Part shown: positions 30,361 through 40,397 of the stretch, piece by piece
Position numbering within the stretch: the first letter of the stretch is position 1
Layout of the letters: every line of letters begins with the position of its first letter
Source of the DNA: Roseibacillus sp.
Lineage (GTDB): Bacteria; Verrucomicrobiota; Verrucomicrobiia; Verrucomicrobiales; Akkermansiaceae
Assembly (NCBI GenBank): GCA_965242925.1
Contig: CBDEUM010000038.1
Location: forward strand, 64,001-128,000
Direction: 5' to 3'
Length of the DNA stretch: 64,000 bases
Notes under the pieces: model-generated
The model's input: only the letters and a program-made list of their open reading frames with translations
Database searches by the model: none
What the model was told of the DNA's origin: nothing
Position numbers and translations under genes: made by a program

Positions 30361-32292
30361 ATGAAATCGCTCCTTGCTCTTCTGACTCTCTTTGCGTGCG
30401 CAGTCCTGCCCCTCCAGGCGGCTGATGTCAGCGATCTGACTTACACCACGGATGATGGGAGGGTCACCATCACCGATTGTGATGAAAATGCCTCCGGGGA
30501 ACTCCTGATTCCAGATGAGATTGAAGAAAACACCGTCACTGAAATCGGAAGCGGTGCCTTCTCTAACTGCGCCAGTCTGACGAGCATCACGATTCCCGCT
30601 GGGGTCACCGTCATCGGGAGCAGTGCGTTCAATGCATGCTCCAGCCTGACGGGCATCACAATTCCTGAAGGGGTCACCAGTGTTGGTAGGAATACCTTCT
30701 CTAGCTGTGCCAGCCTGACAAGCGTTACAATTCCTGATAGTGTCACCGCCATCGGAAGCGGTGCCTTCTCTAACTGCGCCAGCCTGACGAGCATCACGAT
30801 TCCTGAAGGGGTCACCAGTGTTGGTAGGAATACCTTCTCTAGCTGTGCCAGCCTGACAAGCGTTACAATTCCTGATAGTGTCACCGCCATCGGAAGCGGT
30901 GCTTTCCAACTCTGCACCGGCCTGACGGGCATCACGGTTCCTGCCCGCGTCACCCGCATCGAGGAAAAAGCGTTCCGAGAGTGCGCCAACCTGACGAGTG
31001 TTACCTTTCTTGGTTCAGCTCCAACCGTGGGCAATCTGGCCTTCGACAATTTAGGGGACGGGGTACAGGCAATCGTGACACCTGAGGAGAGGGCCTCCTT
31101 TGGTGATGCCGGTTCCTTGTGGAATGGGTTGCTCATCGTGGACTGTATGGATGCTCTGTGCATTCTGACTTGGAGCACGGACGATGGGGCGGTCATCATC
31201 ACCGATTGTTATGAAGAGGCCTCCGGGGACCTCCTGATTCCAGACACGATTGAAGGAAATGCCGTCATTGGAATCGGGAGTAATGCATTCGAGGACTGCG
31301 CCGGCCTGACGAGCGTTACAATTCCTGCCGGGGTCACTGTCATCGATACCAGTGCATTCGAGAACTGCACCAGCCTGACGAGCGTTACGATTCCTGCCGG
31401 GGTCACTGTCATCGATACCAGTGCATTCGAGAACTGCACCAGCCTGACGAGCGTTACAATTCCTGCCGGGGTCACTGTCATCGATGCCAGTGCCTTCGAG
31501 AACTGCACCAGCCTGACGAGCGTTACGATTCCTGCTGGGGTCACTGTCATCGATACCAGTGCATTCGAGAACTGCACCAGCCTGATGAGCATCACAATTC
31601 CTGACAGCGTCACCAGGATCGAAAGTCGTGCTTTCGCTGAATGCAGCAGCTTGGCGAGCGTTACTTTCGGGGAAAATAGCGCGTTAACCTATATCGGGGG
31701 CAGTGCTTTCACTGAATGCAGTGGTCTGACGGGTATCACAATTCCTGATAGAGTCACCAAGATTGAGGAAGACACCTTCTACGAGTGCACGAGTCTGACT
31801 GCTGTTAAGGTGGGACGCAGTGTTTATGAGATTGCTTCTGGAGCTTTCCAGAACTGTATCAATCTGTCGGAAGTTGAATTTCCCATGGGAGCTCCAGGAG
31901 AAGTGCATGTAACTTCTTTTCTCAACATCGCGGTCGGAGCCCGGGCCGTTGTTTTGCCTGAGTATTCTGCGAGCTTCGGGACCTTGGAATCGAATCTCTT
32001 CAATTTTACCCCGGTCTGGAACAACCTTGTTGTCGCTGACGGGGAGGAAGTTCCTGTCCCTTGTACGCTTGAGCAACTGCAAATACTCGCTGCTGGGGAC
32101 CCGGTCCTCAGGAAGGATCCAGATGGGTCTTTCCGGCTAAGTTTTGGCCTGCAGAAATCCACAGATTTGGAGACCTTTGTTCCATTAGATCTCTCCGGGC
32201 TTAACCCGACGATCAACGAGCAGGGGAAAATAGAGTTGCGGCTCATTTCCATAGAAGACACAGCCTTTTTCCGACTCCAATTTGGGAACTGA
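30361..32292 (+). CDS. Secreted BspA-type leucine-rich-repeat (LRR_5) surface protein with two LRR modules
   Basis: Signal peptide; many C.SLTSVTIP.GVT.I...AF 23-aa repeats; SD AGGAG; C-terminal QKSTDLETF...AFFRL domain. Confidence 0.9.
   Translation: MKSLLALLTLFACAVLPLQAADVSDLTYTTDDGRVTITDCDENASGELLIPDEIEENTVTEIGSGAFSNCASLTSITIPAGVTVIGSSAFNACSSLTGITIPEGVTSVGRNTFSSCASLTSVTIPDSVTAIGSGAFSNCASLTSITIPEGVTSVGRNTFSSCASLTSVTIPDSVTAIGSGAFQLCTGLTGITVPARVTRIEEKAFRECANLTSVTFLGSAPTVGNLAFDNLGDGVQAIVTPEERASFGDAGSLWNGLLIVDCMDALCILTWSTDDGAVIITDCYEEASGDLLIPDTIEGNAVIGIGSNAFEDCAGLTSVTIPAGVTVIDTSAFENCTSLTSVTIPAGVTVIDTSAFENCTSLTSVTIPAGVTVIDASAFENCTSLTSVTIPAGVTVIDTSAFENCTSLMSITIPDSVTRIESRAFAECSSLASVTFGENSALTYIGGSAFTECSGLTGITIPDRVTKIEEDTFYECTSLTAVKVGRSVYEIASGAFQNCINLSEVEFPMGAPGEVHVTSFLNIAVGARAVVLPEYSASFGTLESNLFNFTPVWNNLVVADGEEVPVPCTLEQLQILAAGDPVLRKDPDGSFRLSFGLQKSTDLETFVPLDLSGLNPTINEQGKIELRLISIEDTAFFRLQFGN
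30661..30902 (+). repeat. Intragenic tandem duplication, 138-bp period
   Basis: ATTCCTGAAGGGGTCACCAGTGTTGGTAGG... at 30661 and 30799, identical for about 100 bp. Confidence 0.85.
31305..31590 (+). repeat. Intragenic tandem repeat, about 4 x 69 bp, near-identical
   Basis: CCTGACGAGCGTTAC.ATTCCTGC.GGGGTCACTGTCATCGAT.CCAGTGC.TTCGAGAACTGCACCAG at 31305, 31374, 31443, 31512. Confidence 0.9.
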
Positions 32293-32569
32293 TCTGCCGT
32301 CTTGCCTGCTCCAGGTGACTAGCAGGCACAAAAAGTCACCGGAACGCAGGTGGAAGAAATCCACGTGGTATCCCAGCCTGCCGACCCGTTCCGATGCCTT
32401 GGCCGAAAACCAATTTCCCTTCCGCAACTATCCGGAGGACTTCAGTAAAAGGAGGTCGTCCGCAAATTCATTGGGAATGAGCATGAGGCAGAAAGTCCTC
32501 TCTTGACCAGAGAGTAAAACAGTTTCCCCTGTCCGGTCAGGAACCCGCTTTATCGACAGGACAATCGCC

Positions 32570-34942
32570 ATGAAAAATTACGTCGTATCATTCCGCAGTT
32601 TCGCCCCAGCCGCCCTCTTCACCATCATTGGTGGGGGGCTTCTCCTCAATTCAGCTGGAGCAGAGACCGTGTTCAGCCAGGACTTTGAAAACGGACTCGG
32701 ACCGGATGAGTCGGTGAGCGGATCGTTCAGCATCAACGACAGCCTGGCCTCCATCAACAACGGAACCCTCGTGATGGGGCACTCCGTTCCCTACGGAGCT
32801 CTGGGAGGGGCTGCAACTCCGCTGCCCGCCTACTCCTACTACGAACTGACGCTGGACTTGCGCGCCTTCACCGATGTCGAAATGCGCTTCGATTTCAGTG
32901 GAGCGATTGAAAAGGACTACGACGGATTCAATCTCATCGCGACGACCGAGCCCCAGGTATCGCCACCGACGGGACTGCTCACCCCGGCGGCCGGGTCTGC
33001 TTTCCAGTATGACGCGGATGCTCTGGTCCAGCATGGCGCTTCATCTCCAGAACTCGGAGCGATCGCCTGGTCCTCCCCTGCAGATCCGTCTATCGTGGTG
33101 AAGGACCTCGCCGCCGTCTTCGATCTCTCTGCCTTCAATGAGGAGAAGGTCATCATTCGCTTTCAGTTCGGCACCGATGCCTTCGAAGGCGGGGAAGGAG
33201 CCAATTTCGATAACATCGTGGTGGAAGGAACCTCTCTACCGGATACCGACAGCGACGGCATGCCGGATTCCTACGAGGACCGGCACGGCCTCGACCCGGC
33301 CACTGACGATGGCATGGAAGACCTGGACATGGACGGTGTCGCTAATCTGGAGGAGTACAACAACTTCACCGACCCCAATGATCCCGACACCGACGGTGAC
33401 GGACTTGATGATGGTGCCGAAACCAACACCGGTGAATTCGTCTCTCCCACCAACACGGGAACGGATCCCAGGAATCCGGACAGCGATGGCGACGGACTGG
33501 AGGACGGTGACGAAATGAACAACATCGGAACCGACCCCAATAAGGCAGACACCGACGGAGACGGATTTGAAGACAAGACGGAAATCGATCTCGGCGGGGA
33601 CCCGAGGGATCCGAGCGTCAAGCCGCCCGTATGGGTGATCGAAGATCTGGGTACCGGGACAGCAGCCCTCATCGGTGGCGACCTGACCGATCCTGAGGAC
33701 GACGGGGTGGAAGGAAACGTTCCGGGGGACGGGGATTGGACTTCGCTCAACTGGAACTGGATCAGCATCGAAGCCAGTAGCGAGAATTACTTCGGCAACT
33801 TCGGTGGTGGCGAAGGAGCATACGATGTCTTTGATAATACGATCGGTCCGGGCCAGGCAAAATGGTGCTGTGACGGCGCTCCGCAGTGGATTACGGTGGA
33901 GTTTGAGATTCCGATCTCGCTGGAATCCTTCACCCTTGCTTCGGGCAATGACGTTCCCGGCCGCGATCCGGTCAAGTGGGGGATCTATGGATCCAATGAC
34001 AACGAGACCTTCGATCCCATCTTCGAACAAGACGATCCGGGGTCTCTCTGGCCACAGCGCTTGCAAGTCCTGCACTTCATCAATCCACGGCGCGCCAAGC
34101 CTTACAAGTTCATCAAGTACCAGGTGGACACCCAGGCTTCTGGCGGCAATCACCAAATCAACGAGATCGAGTATTTCGGTACCACGACGGTGGAAAAGGT
34201 CTTCTTAAGCGTCGACCGTTCCCCCGTAGATTCAGGCATGCTCCGCCTCGGTTGGAACGGTCAATCGGGGAAGGTATACGACGTTCTCGCCAATCCCGAT
34301 CTCTCCTCGCCGGTCGAAACCTGGACCAGGCTGGACGGTGCGCAGGACATCCCCTCTGATCCTTCCGGCGACAACGTCCTGGACATTGCGTTCCCCTTTC
34401 CGGGAACGGGCTATCTGGCGATCCGTGAGAAGGATGCTCCGCCGCTCTTCTATGACGACCTCGAATCAGGAGCAGGTGATTGGACGGCTCGTGTCAACGA
34501 CGACAACAACAACACCCAGTGGGAACTGGGCGCCCCGAACGGAACAAGCGGCCCGCTCACCGGCGCCGATGACTCTGCCACGGCCTGGAGCACCAACCAG
34601 GGAGACTATGGTCCGGACTCCGATATATCTCTCCGTTCACCGTCGATCGACTTGAGTGGACTGGATGCGGCTGTTCTCAAGTTCGATCAGTATCGGGACG
34701 CTGACGGATTTTCCGATACAGCCACCATCCGCTTCCTGCGCGCCAGCGACCAGACTCAACTTGGCGCGGATATTTCCATCGACATGACGGCCCTGGACAC
34801 CGGTTGGAATCCAGCTTCCGTTGCGGTCCCGGCGGCGGCTCTGGGCGAGTCGGTTCTGGTTGAGTTCCAGTTTGTCAGTGATGGCAGTGCGGACGCCTTC
34901 AGTGGGTTGTCCCTCGACAATTTCGAGCTGAGCGCAAACTGA
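32570..34942 (+). CDS. Secreted multidomain protein with DxDxDG (thrombospondin type 3-like) calcium repeats and lectin-like beta-sandwich domains
   Basis: Signal peptide; DTDSDGMPD, DTDGDGLDDG, DSDGDGLEDG repeats; discoidin-like PQWITVEF...RDPVKWGIYGSND...QINEIEYFG; FDNIVV and LDNFEL jelly-roll ends. Confidence 0.75.
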   Translation: MKNYVVSFRSFAPAALFTIIGGGLLLNSAGAETVFSQDFENGLGPDESVSGSFSINDSLASINNGTLVMGHSVPYGALGGAATPLPAYSYYELTLDLRAFTDVEMRFDFSGAIEKDYDGFNLIATTEPQVSPPTGLLTPAAGSAFQYDADALVQHGASSPELGAIAWSSPADPSIVVKDLAAVFDLSAFNEEKVIIRFQFGTDAFEGGEGANFDNIVVEGTSLPDTDSDGMPDSYEDRHGLDPATDDGMEDLDMDGVANLEEYNNFTDPNDPDTDGDGLDDGAETNTGEFVSPTNTGTDPRNPDSDGDGLEDGDEMNNIGTDPNKADTDGDGFEDKTEIDLGGDPRDPSVKPPVWVIEDLGTGTAALIGGDLTDPEDDGVEGNVPGDGDWTSLNWNWISIEASSENYFGNFGGGEGAYDVFDNTIGPGQAKWCCDGAPQWITVEFEIPISLESFTLASGNDVPGRDPVKWGIYGSNDNETFDPIFEQDDPGSLWPQRLQVLHFINPRRAKPYKFIKYQVDTQASGGNHQINEIEYFGTTTVEKVFLSVDRSPVDSGMLRLGWNGQSGKVYDVLANPDLSSPVETWTRLDGAQDIPSDPSGDNVLDIAFPFPGTGYLAIREKDAPPLFYDDLESGAGDWTARVNDDNNNTQWELGAPNGTSGPLTGADDSATAWSTNQGDYGPDSDISLRSPSIDLSGLDAAVLKFDQYRDADGFSDTATIRFLRASDQTQLGADISIDMTALDTGWNPASVAVPAAALGESVLVEFQFVSDGSADAFSGLSLDNFELSAN

Positions 34943-35069
34943 GGCGTCAGTTCTGATTGTTTCAAGGTGGTGGGGGCGTCGCCGTCTTTCTTGTCAGATG
35001 GAAAGGTGCGATGGGATTGGTCTTGCCAATGACCCCGGGCAACGGACTAACTAGTGTCCCTGTCTATCC

Positions 35070-36134
35070 ATGGAGGCCATTCGCGCAGATTCGATCTCAA
35101 AAGACTTTGGCGAAATTCGGGCCTTGAATGAGGTCAGCATCGGGATTGAGCCCGGCGAGTTGTTCTTTCTCCTCGGGGGGAGCGGTTGTGGAAAGACAAC
35201 CCTGCTCCGCTGCATCGCGGGCCTGGAGCAACCCTCCTCGGGGCGTGTCCTCTTTGAGGGGGAGGACGTCACCGACCTTCCCACCCACAAGCGGGAGGCT
35301 GCGATGGTGTTTCAGAGCTACGCTCTCTGGCCTCATATGACGGTGGGACAGAACATCGCCTTCGGGCTGGAGGAACGGAAGGTCCCCCGCGACGAGATTG
35401 CCGATCGTGTGGGCGAGGCGCTTGAGATGGTGCGGATGCCGGGATTCCAGGAACGCGGGATCGATCAGATGTCCGGTGGCCAGCAGCAGCGGGTCTCGCT
35501 GGCCCGCGCCCTGGTGGTGAAGCCCAAGTGCCTTCTGCTGGACGAGCCGCTCTCTAATCTCGACGCACAATTGCGACTGGAAATGCGTTCGGAGATCCGC
35601 CGTATTGTAAAGGAGAACGGACTTACCGGGGTTTACGTCACCCACGACCAGGCCGAGGCGCTTTCCATGGCTGATCGCCTGGCGGTGATGGATCGGGGCC
35701 GGGTTCAACAGATTGGATGCCCGGAGGATGTTTACCGTAATCCGGCCACCTCCTGTGTGGCCTCCTTTATCGGGGAGACCAATCTCCTGGACGCAACGGT
35801 GAAGGGGCAGGGGGAAGGAGGATCGGTCGTGGTCGAAACCGAGGCAGGGGAGTATGCGGGCCGCCCTGCGGCAGAAGACTGGAGGCCGGGAGAGGGAGAC
35901 AAGGTCTTCGTTTCGGTGCGGCCGGAGGCGATCAGAATTGCTGAAACGGAGGATGGTTCCCTGGGGGAGATCATGGAGACCACCTACCTCGGGGATATCA
36001 TTCAATACCGGGTCAGGATGCATGCCGGGGTGGAGATCCAGGTCTCCGAGATGAATCCCCGGTTGGTCCTGGCCAAGGGAGTGGGGGTGACGCTGGAGGT
36101 GCATCCGGAGAATGTGGTGGTCCTGCGGGAGTGA
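35070..36134 (+). CDS. ABC transporter ATPase (FbpC/PotA-like)
   Basis: GGSGCGKTT, MSGGQQQR, LLLDEP, VTHDQ; TOBE-like tail. Confidence 0.93.
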   Translation: MEAIRADSISKDFGEIRALNEVSIGIEPGELFFLLGGSGCGKTTLLRCIAGLEQPSSGRVLFEGEDVTDLPTHKREAAMVFQSYALWPHMTVGQNIAFGLEERKVPRDEIADRVGEALEMVRMPGFQERGIDQMSGGQQQRVSLARALVVKPKCLLLDEPLSNLDAQLRLEMRSEIRRIVKENGLTGVYVTHDQAEALSMADRLAVMDRGRVQQIGCPEDVYRNPATSCVASFIGETNLLDATVKGQGEGGSVVVETEAGEYAGRPAAEDWRPGEGDKVFVSVRPEAIRIAETEDGSLGEIMETTYLGDIIQYRVRMHAGVEIQVSEMNPRLVLAKGVGVTLEVHPENVVVLRE

Positions 36135-36160
36135 CGATCCCGGGTTCCGTTTGAGAAGGC

Positions 36161-37640
36161 ATGAACAGTTGGAAGAAGATCCTCCTCATCCTCGCGCTCC
36201 TCACGGTGGTGGTTGCCGCGCCGCTGGTGTTGCGCGACAGTGGAAGGGAGGGATCTGACCAGGCGGACCTGCGGCTCGACGTCATCACTCCGCACACCGA
36301 GACGCTGCGCCGCGAATTCGGTGAGGCTTTTGCCGACTACTGGCAGAAGAAAACGGGAGAGAGTGTCTATGTGAACTTCCTCGTCCCGGGCGGAACGTCG
36401 GAATGCGTGCGCGTAATCGGGAACGGCTTCGAAGCAGCCCGGGACCGGGGAGTAACCGGGTGCAATATCGATGTTTTCTTCGGAGGGGGCGCCTACGACT
36501 TTGCCATTCAGGCCAAGCTGGACCGTTTTGAGAAACTACGGATCTTCGATACCCATCCCGGACTGTTCGAGGAAAATGGTATTCCCGCCACTCTGGGTGG
36601 AGAGACTTTCTACGATCCTGATCACGCTTGGATCGGATCGGTGCTGTCCAGCTTCGGGATCTGTTACAATACCGATCTGCTTGTGGAGCGTGGTCTTTCC
36701 CCTCCCACCAGCTGGGATGACCTGGGGGATCCCGGTTATGTGCGCGGGATCGCACTGGCCGATACCACCAAGAGTTCCTCGGTGACCAAGTCGTTTGAAA
36801 TGCTGGTCCAGCAGAAGATCCAGAACGAACTGGCCCAGGGCAGCTCCGGGGAGGAGCGCGCTGCCGTGGTTGCACGCGGTTGGGAGGCCAGCATGCACCT
36901 CATCCAGCGCATCGGCGCCAACGCACGCTATTTCACCGACAGTTCAGCCAAGATCCCGCGCGACGTGGCGCAGGGGAATGCGGTGGCCGGGATGTGTATC
37001 GATTTCTACGGCCGAACCACCAGCGAGACGCTGAAGAAGGAAGATGGATCGTCCCGCCTGAAATACATCATGCCCTCGGGTGGCAGCTCCATCAGCGTGG
37101 ACCCGGTGGCGGTCCTGAGGGGGGCTCCCCATCCCGAGCTGGCGCAGGGTTTCGTGGAATTCGTCCTTTCGAGGGAGGGTCAGATGCTCTGGGCGGCTGC
37201 CCCGGGGAGCAGCCCCGGGCCCAGATACCGGGCCCTGCGTCGTCTTCCCATCCGTCCTGATCTCTATGAGGGCGAAACCCTGGCCGCCATGATCGACGGG
37301 GAGGCCCTGCCCTTTGAGCAGGCCCGGAAGTTCACTTACGACCGAAAACTGACCGGTCACCTGTTCTCTCCGCTCAGGACCATTATCCGGGTGATGTGCA
37401 TCGATCCCCATGACGAGATGAAAGCGGCCTGGGACGCCCTGATCGAGGCAGGATTTCCGCCCCAGGCGACGGCCAGGTTTCATGACGTCAGTGCGGTGTC
37501 CTACGAGCAGGCCGGGGAGCCTGATTAAATCGACCCTGAAGAAGAGCAAGGTTGATGCGGTCAGGCTCATGAACGAACTCGGCAGTGTCTTCCGGGCAAA
37601 TTACCGGGAGGCGCAGCGCCTGGCAGAGGAAGGGAAATGA
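36161..37640 (+). CDS. ABC transporter substrate-binding protein (Fe3+/thiamine cluster), frameshifted near the 3' end
   Basis: DVFFGGG, PTSWDDL, FVEFVLSREGQ; frame stops at 37528, but removing one G from GGGG (37514-37517) extends it to TGA 37638-37640, overlapping the permease ATG. Confidence 0.8.
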
Positions 37641-39331
37641 GAGCGAGAAAGGCCATTATTCTTACAACGGCGGTGGCCCTCTTCTTCGGGGTCTTCTTCC
37701 TCTTTCCGGTCGTGATGGTGATCGGCGAGGCCTTCGTGGACAAGGAAGGCGGTTTCACGAGTGCTTACGTGGTCCAGGTTTTTGCCAACCCGGTCTATCT
37801 TGAGGGGCTCTGGAATGCGCTGCTCCTCGGGGTGATCAGCACCATTGCGGCACTGCTGATCGCCTTTCCGCTCGCCCTCTTCACACACCGCTACCGCTTT
37901 CCGCTGAAGGGCCCGCTCTCGGCTCTCATCCTCGTCCCGCTTGTCCTGCCTCCCTTCGTGGGGGCCGTGGGAGTCAAACAGATGCTCGGGGTGAAGGGGG
38001 CGCTTAACGCCTTCCTTGAGAAAATCGGGATGATGGATCCGGCCGCGCCCATCGACTGGCTGGGGGAGGGACGCTTCTGGGGTATCGTGATCATGAATGC
38101 CCTGCACCTTTATCCAATCCTCTACATGAATATCGCGGCGTCGCTCGCGCATCTTGACCCTGCCATGGAAGAGGCCGCACAAAATCTCGGCTGCTCGCCA
38201 TGGAGGCGACTGAGGCGTATCACCATGCCCCTCACCATGCCCGGAATCTTTGCGGGAGGTGCGATCGTCTTTATCTGGTCCTTCACTGAACTGGGTGTGC
38301 CATTGGTCTTCGACTACTCGCGGGTGGCCCCGGTGCAGATTTACGACGGGCTCAAGGATCTGGAGAGTAATCCGTTTCCCTACGCCCTGGTGGCGGTCAT
38401 GCTGGTCATTTCCTCGGCAGTATTTCTGCTCTCCAAGGCCTTCCTCGGGCGTTCGAGGCTGGGGACTGCCCCGCGCCCCAAGGGGCGGCAGGCGGAAAAG
38501 GTGCTGCGGGGCGGGAAAGGCTGGTTGCTCACCGCTCTCTTCCTGGGGATCTTTCTTTTCGCCTCCCTGCCGCACCTGGGCGTGATCCTGCTCTCGGTGG
38601 CCACCGACTGGTACGGTACGATCCTTCCGGAGCAGCTCACCGGGGCGCACTATGACGAGGCTCTGGGACATCCTCTGGTGGTGCCTTCCATCCAGAACAG
38701 TCTCCTTTATGCCTCGGGGGCGATGCTGGTGGACCTACTGCTGGGACTTGCTATTGCCTGGGTGATTGTAAGAAGCACCATTCGTGGTCGGGCCCTTCTC
38801 GACGCACTCGTGATGCTGCCCCTGGCGGTGCCCGGACTGGTCCTGGCCTTTGGATATCTCGCTCTGGCACAAGAAGGCCGGGCCTTCTCCTTTCTGGTCG
38901 GAGCCAACGGGAATCCCGTCATCCTGCTTGTGCTTGCCTACGCGGTGCGCCGGCTCCCCTATGTCGTGCGGGCAGCGGTGGCCGGGTTGCAGCAGAGTAA
39001 TGTCACCCTGGAGGAGGCGGCGCTCAGCCTCGGGGCCACTCCGATGCGCATGATGCGGCGGATTGCACTGCCCCTCCTCTCCGCCAATCTACTGGCTGGC
39101 GGCATTCTGGCCTTCGCCTTCGCCATGCTGGAGGTGAGTGACAGCCTGATCCTGGCCCAGCAGGCCGAGCACTTCCCGATAACGAAGGCTATTTACACGC
39201 TGCTCAACACGTTGGGGAACGGGTATGAACTGGCCTCCGCTCTCGGGGTGTGGGCCATGATTTTTCTGGGGATTTCGATCGTGGGGGCGGTTTTGCTGGC
39301 CGGGAAACGTGGGGGTCTCTTCCGCATGTAG
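37637..39331 (+). CDS. ABC transporter permease with two TM domains (FbpB-like)
   Basis: Two EAA loops (MEEAAQNLG, LEEAALSLG); about 12 TM helices. Confidence 0.92.
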   Translation: MRARKAIILTTAVALFFGVFFLFPVVMVIGEAFVDKEGGFTSAYVVQVFANPVYLEGLWNALLLGVISTIAALLIAFPLALFTHRYRFPLKGPLSALILVPLVLPPFVGAVGVKQMLGVKGALNAFLEKIGMMDPAAPIDWLGEGRFWGIVIMNALHLYPILYMNIAASLAHLDPAMEEAAQNLGCSPWRRLRRITMPLTMPGIFAGGAIVFIWSFTELGVPLVFDYSRVAPVQIYDGLKDLESNPFPYALVAVMLVISSAVFLLSKAFLGRSRLGTAPRPKGRQAEKVLRGGKGWLLTALFLGIFLFASLPHLGVILLSVATDWYGTILPEQLTGAHYDEALGHPLVVPSIQNSLLYASGAMLVDLLLGLAIAWVIVRSTIRGRALLDALVMLPLAVPGLVLAFGYLALAQEGRAFSFLVGANGNPVILLVLAYAVRRLPYVVRAAVAGLQQSNVTLEEAALSLGATPMRMMRRIALPLLSANLLAGGILAFAFAMLEVSDSLILAQQAEHFPITKAIYTLLNTLGNGYELASALGVWAMIFLGISIVGAVLLAGKRGGLFRM

Positions 39332-39337
39332 GGGGGG

Positions 39338-40240
39338 TCAATTCCGGTTTTCGGCAGGGTCAGTTGCTGCCGGAGAAGATCTGTGCCGTGCTTTGAGCCA
39401 TGGATCGAGGAAGTTGGCGATGATGATGAGGACAGTGCCGAGGTAGAAGGCAGGATGCAGTTGCTCGTACTCGTGGAAGAGGATGGCCCCGAGGAGAATG
39501 CCCCAGACGGGCTCGAAGTTCATGGTGAGATTGGCCGTGTAGGCGGTCAACCGGCGAAGGAGGTGAATGTTCCAGGTGTGAGCCACGGTGGTGCAGAGCA
39601 GGGCGAGGGTGAGAAGCGGCAACCAGTCGCGCCCGGTCGGGATCTGGAAGTGATGAGGGGAGATGAGGGGGAGAACGAGGGCTGCCATGAGGCATGCCCC
39701 GGCCATCTCGTAGAGGAGCATGCTGCGGGAAGGGGTTCCCCGGGCCACCAGTTGCCGGTTGAGGACGGGAAAGATGGAGTGAAGCAGGGCTCCCATCAGG
39801 CCCACCAGGAGGCCGAGGCGGTGGTCGTTGCCAAGGTTTCCAGCGATAAACAGAATTCCTGCAATGACGATTCCCCCGCAGAGCAACTCGCCCGGGTGGA
39901 TGGGTCTTCGTTCGATGAGGGGTTCGGTGATGGCCGTGAAGAGGGAGATGGTGGCAAAGGCAGCAAGGGCCACGGACACGTTGGAGAGGGAGATCGACCA
40001 GAAAAAGCAGACCCAATGAGCCCCTTGGAGTAATCCAAGTCCGAGGACGGCCAGCAACCGGCGGCGGGGGAGACGAAGGAGGGCAGGATTGATAGCCGCC
40101 AGCCAGAGTGCCATGGCAAGTCCCGCAATGAAGACGCGCCAGAAAACGAGGGAGGGTGCCTCGATCGAGATGATGCGTCCCAGCACCGCGGTGAGGGCGA
40201 GAATGAAAACGAGGAAATGATATTGGAGTAACGGTTTTAT
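39338..40240 (-). CDS. EamA/DMT family transporter (start uncertain)
   Basis: About 10 TM helices, LVFWRV and NFEPVWGILL; reading frame continues upstream of the GTG at 40186 to an ATA at 40240. Confidence 0.8.
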   Translation of the reverse strand: MKPLLQYHFLVFILALTAVLGRIISIEAPSLVFWRVFIAGLAMALWLAAINPALLRLPRRRLLAVLGLGLLQGAHWVCFFWSISLSNVSVALAAFATISLFTAITEPLIERRPIHPGELLCGGIVIAGILFIAGNLGNDHRLGLLVGLMGALLHSIFPVLNRQLVARGTPSRSMLLYEMAGACLMAALVLPLISPHHFQIPTGRDWLPLLTLALLCTTVAHTWNIHLLRRLTAYTANLTMNFEPVWGILLGAILFHEYEQLHPAFYLGTVLIIIANFLDPWLKARHRSSPAATDPAENRN

Positions 40241-40397
40241 GAGGAGCGGGGGTGAGGCTTTGTTCCGGAATGAAAGGGTGGATCGTGAAGGCAGTTCAGA
40301 TTGCGCGCCGCATGTCCACTGTCCACTGAATACTGGATGGACTGGTCCAGGTTACGGACCGCTTGATCTCTCTGCTCTTTCGCCATACAGTGAGGCA

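Noticed and set aside
31305..31590. Regular repeats as a possible CRISPR array
   Set aside because: Units are contiguous 69-bp in-frame LRR codons with no unique spacers, and no cas genes are present.
24944..32292. Diversity-generating retroelement acting on the LRR genes
   Set aside because: No reverse transcriptase and no template/variable repeat pair with adenine-specific differences.
24730..35070. attL/attR duplication of the tRNA 3' end marking an intact integrative element
   Set aside because: No second copy of GTTCGAGTCCCCCCTCGAGC seen by eye and no integrase gene in the window.
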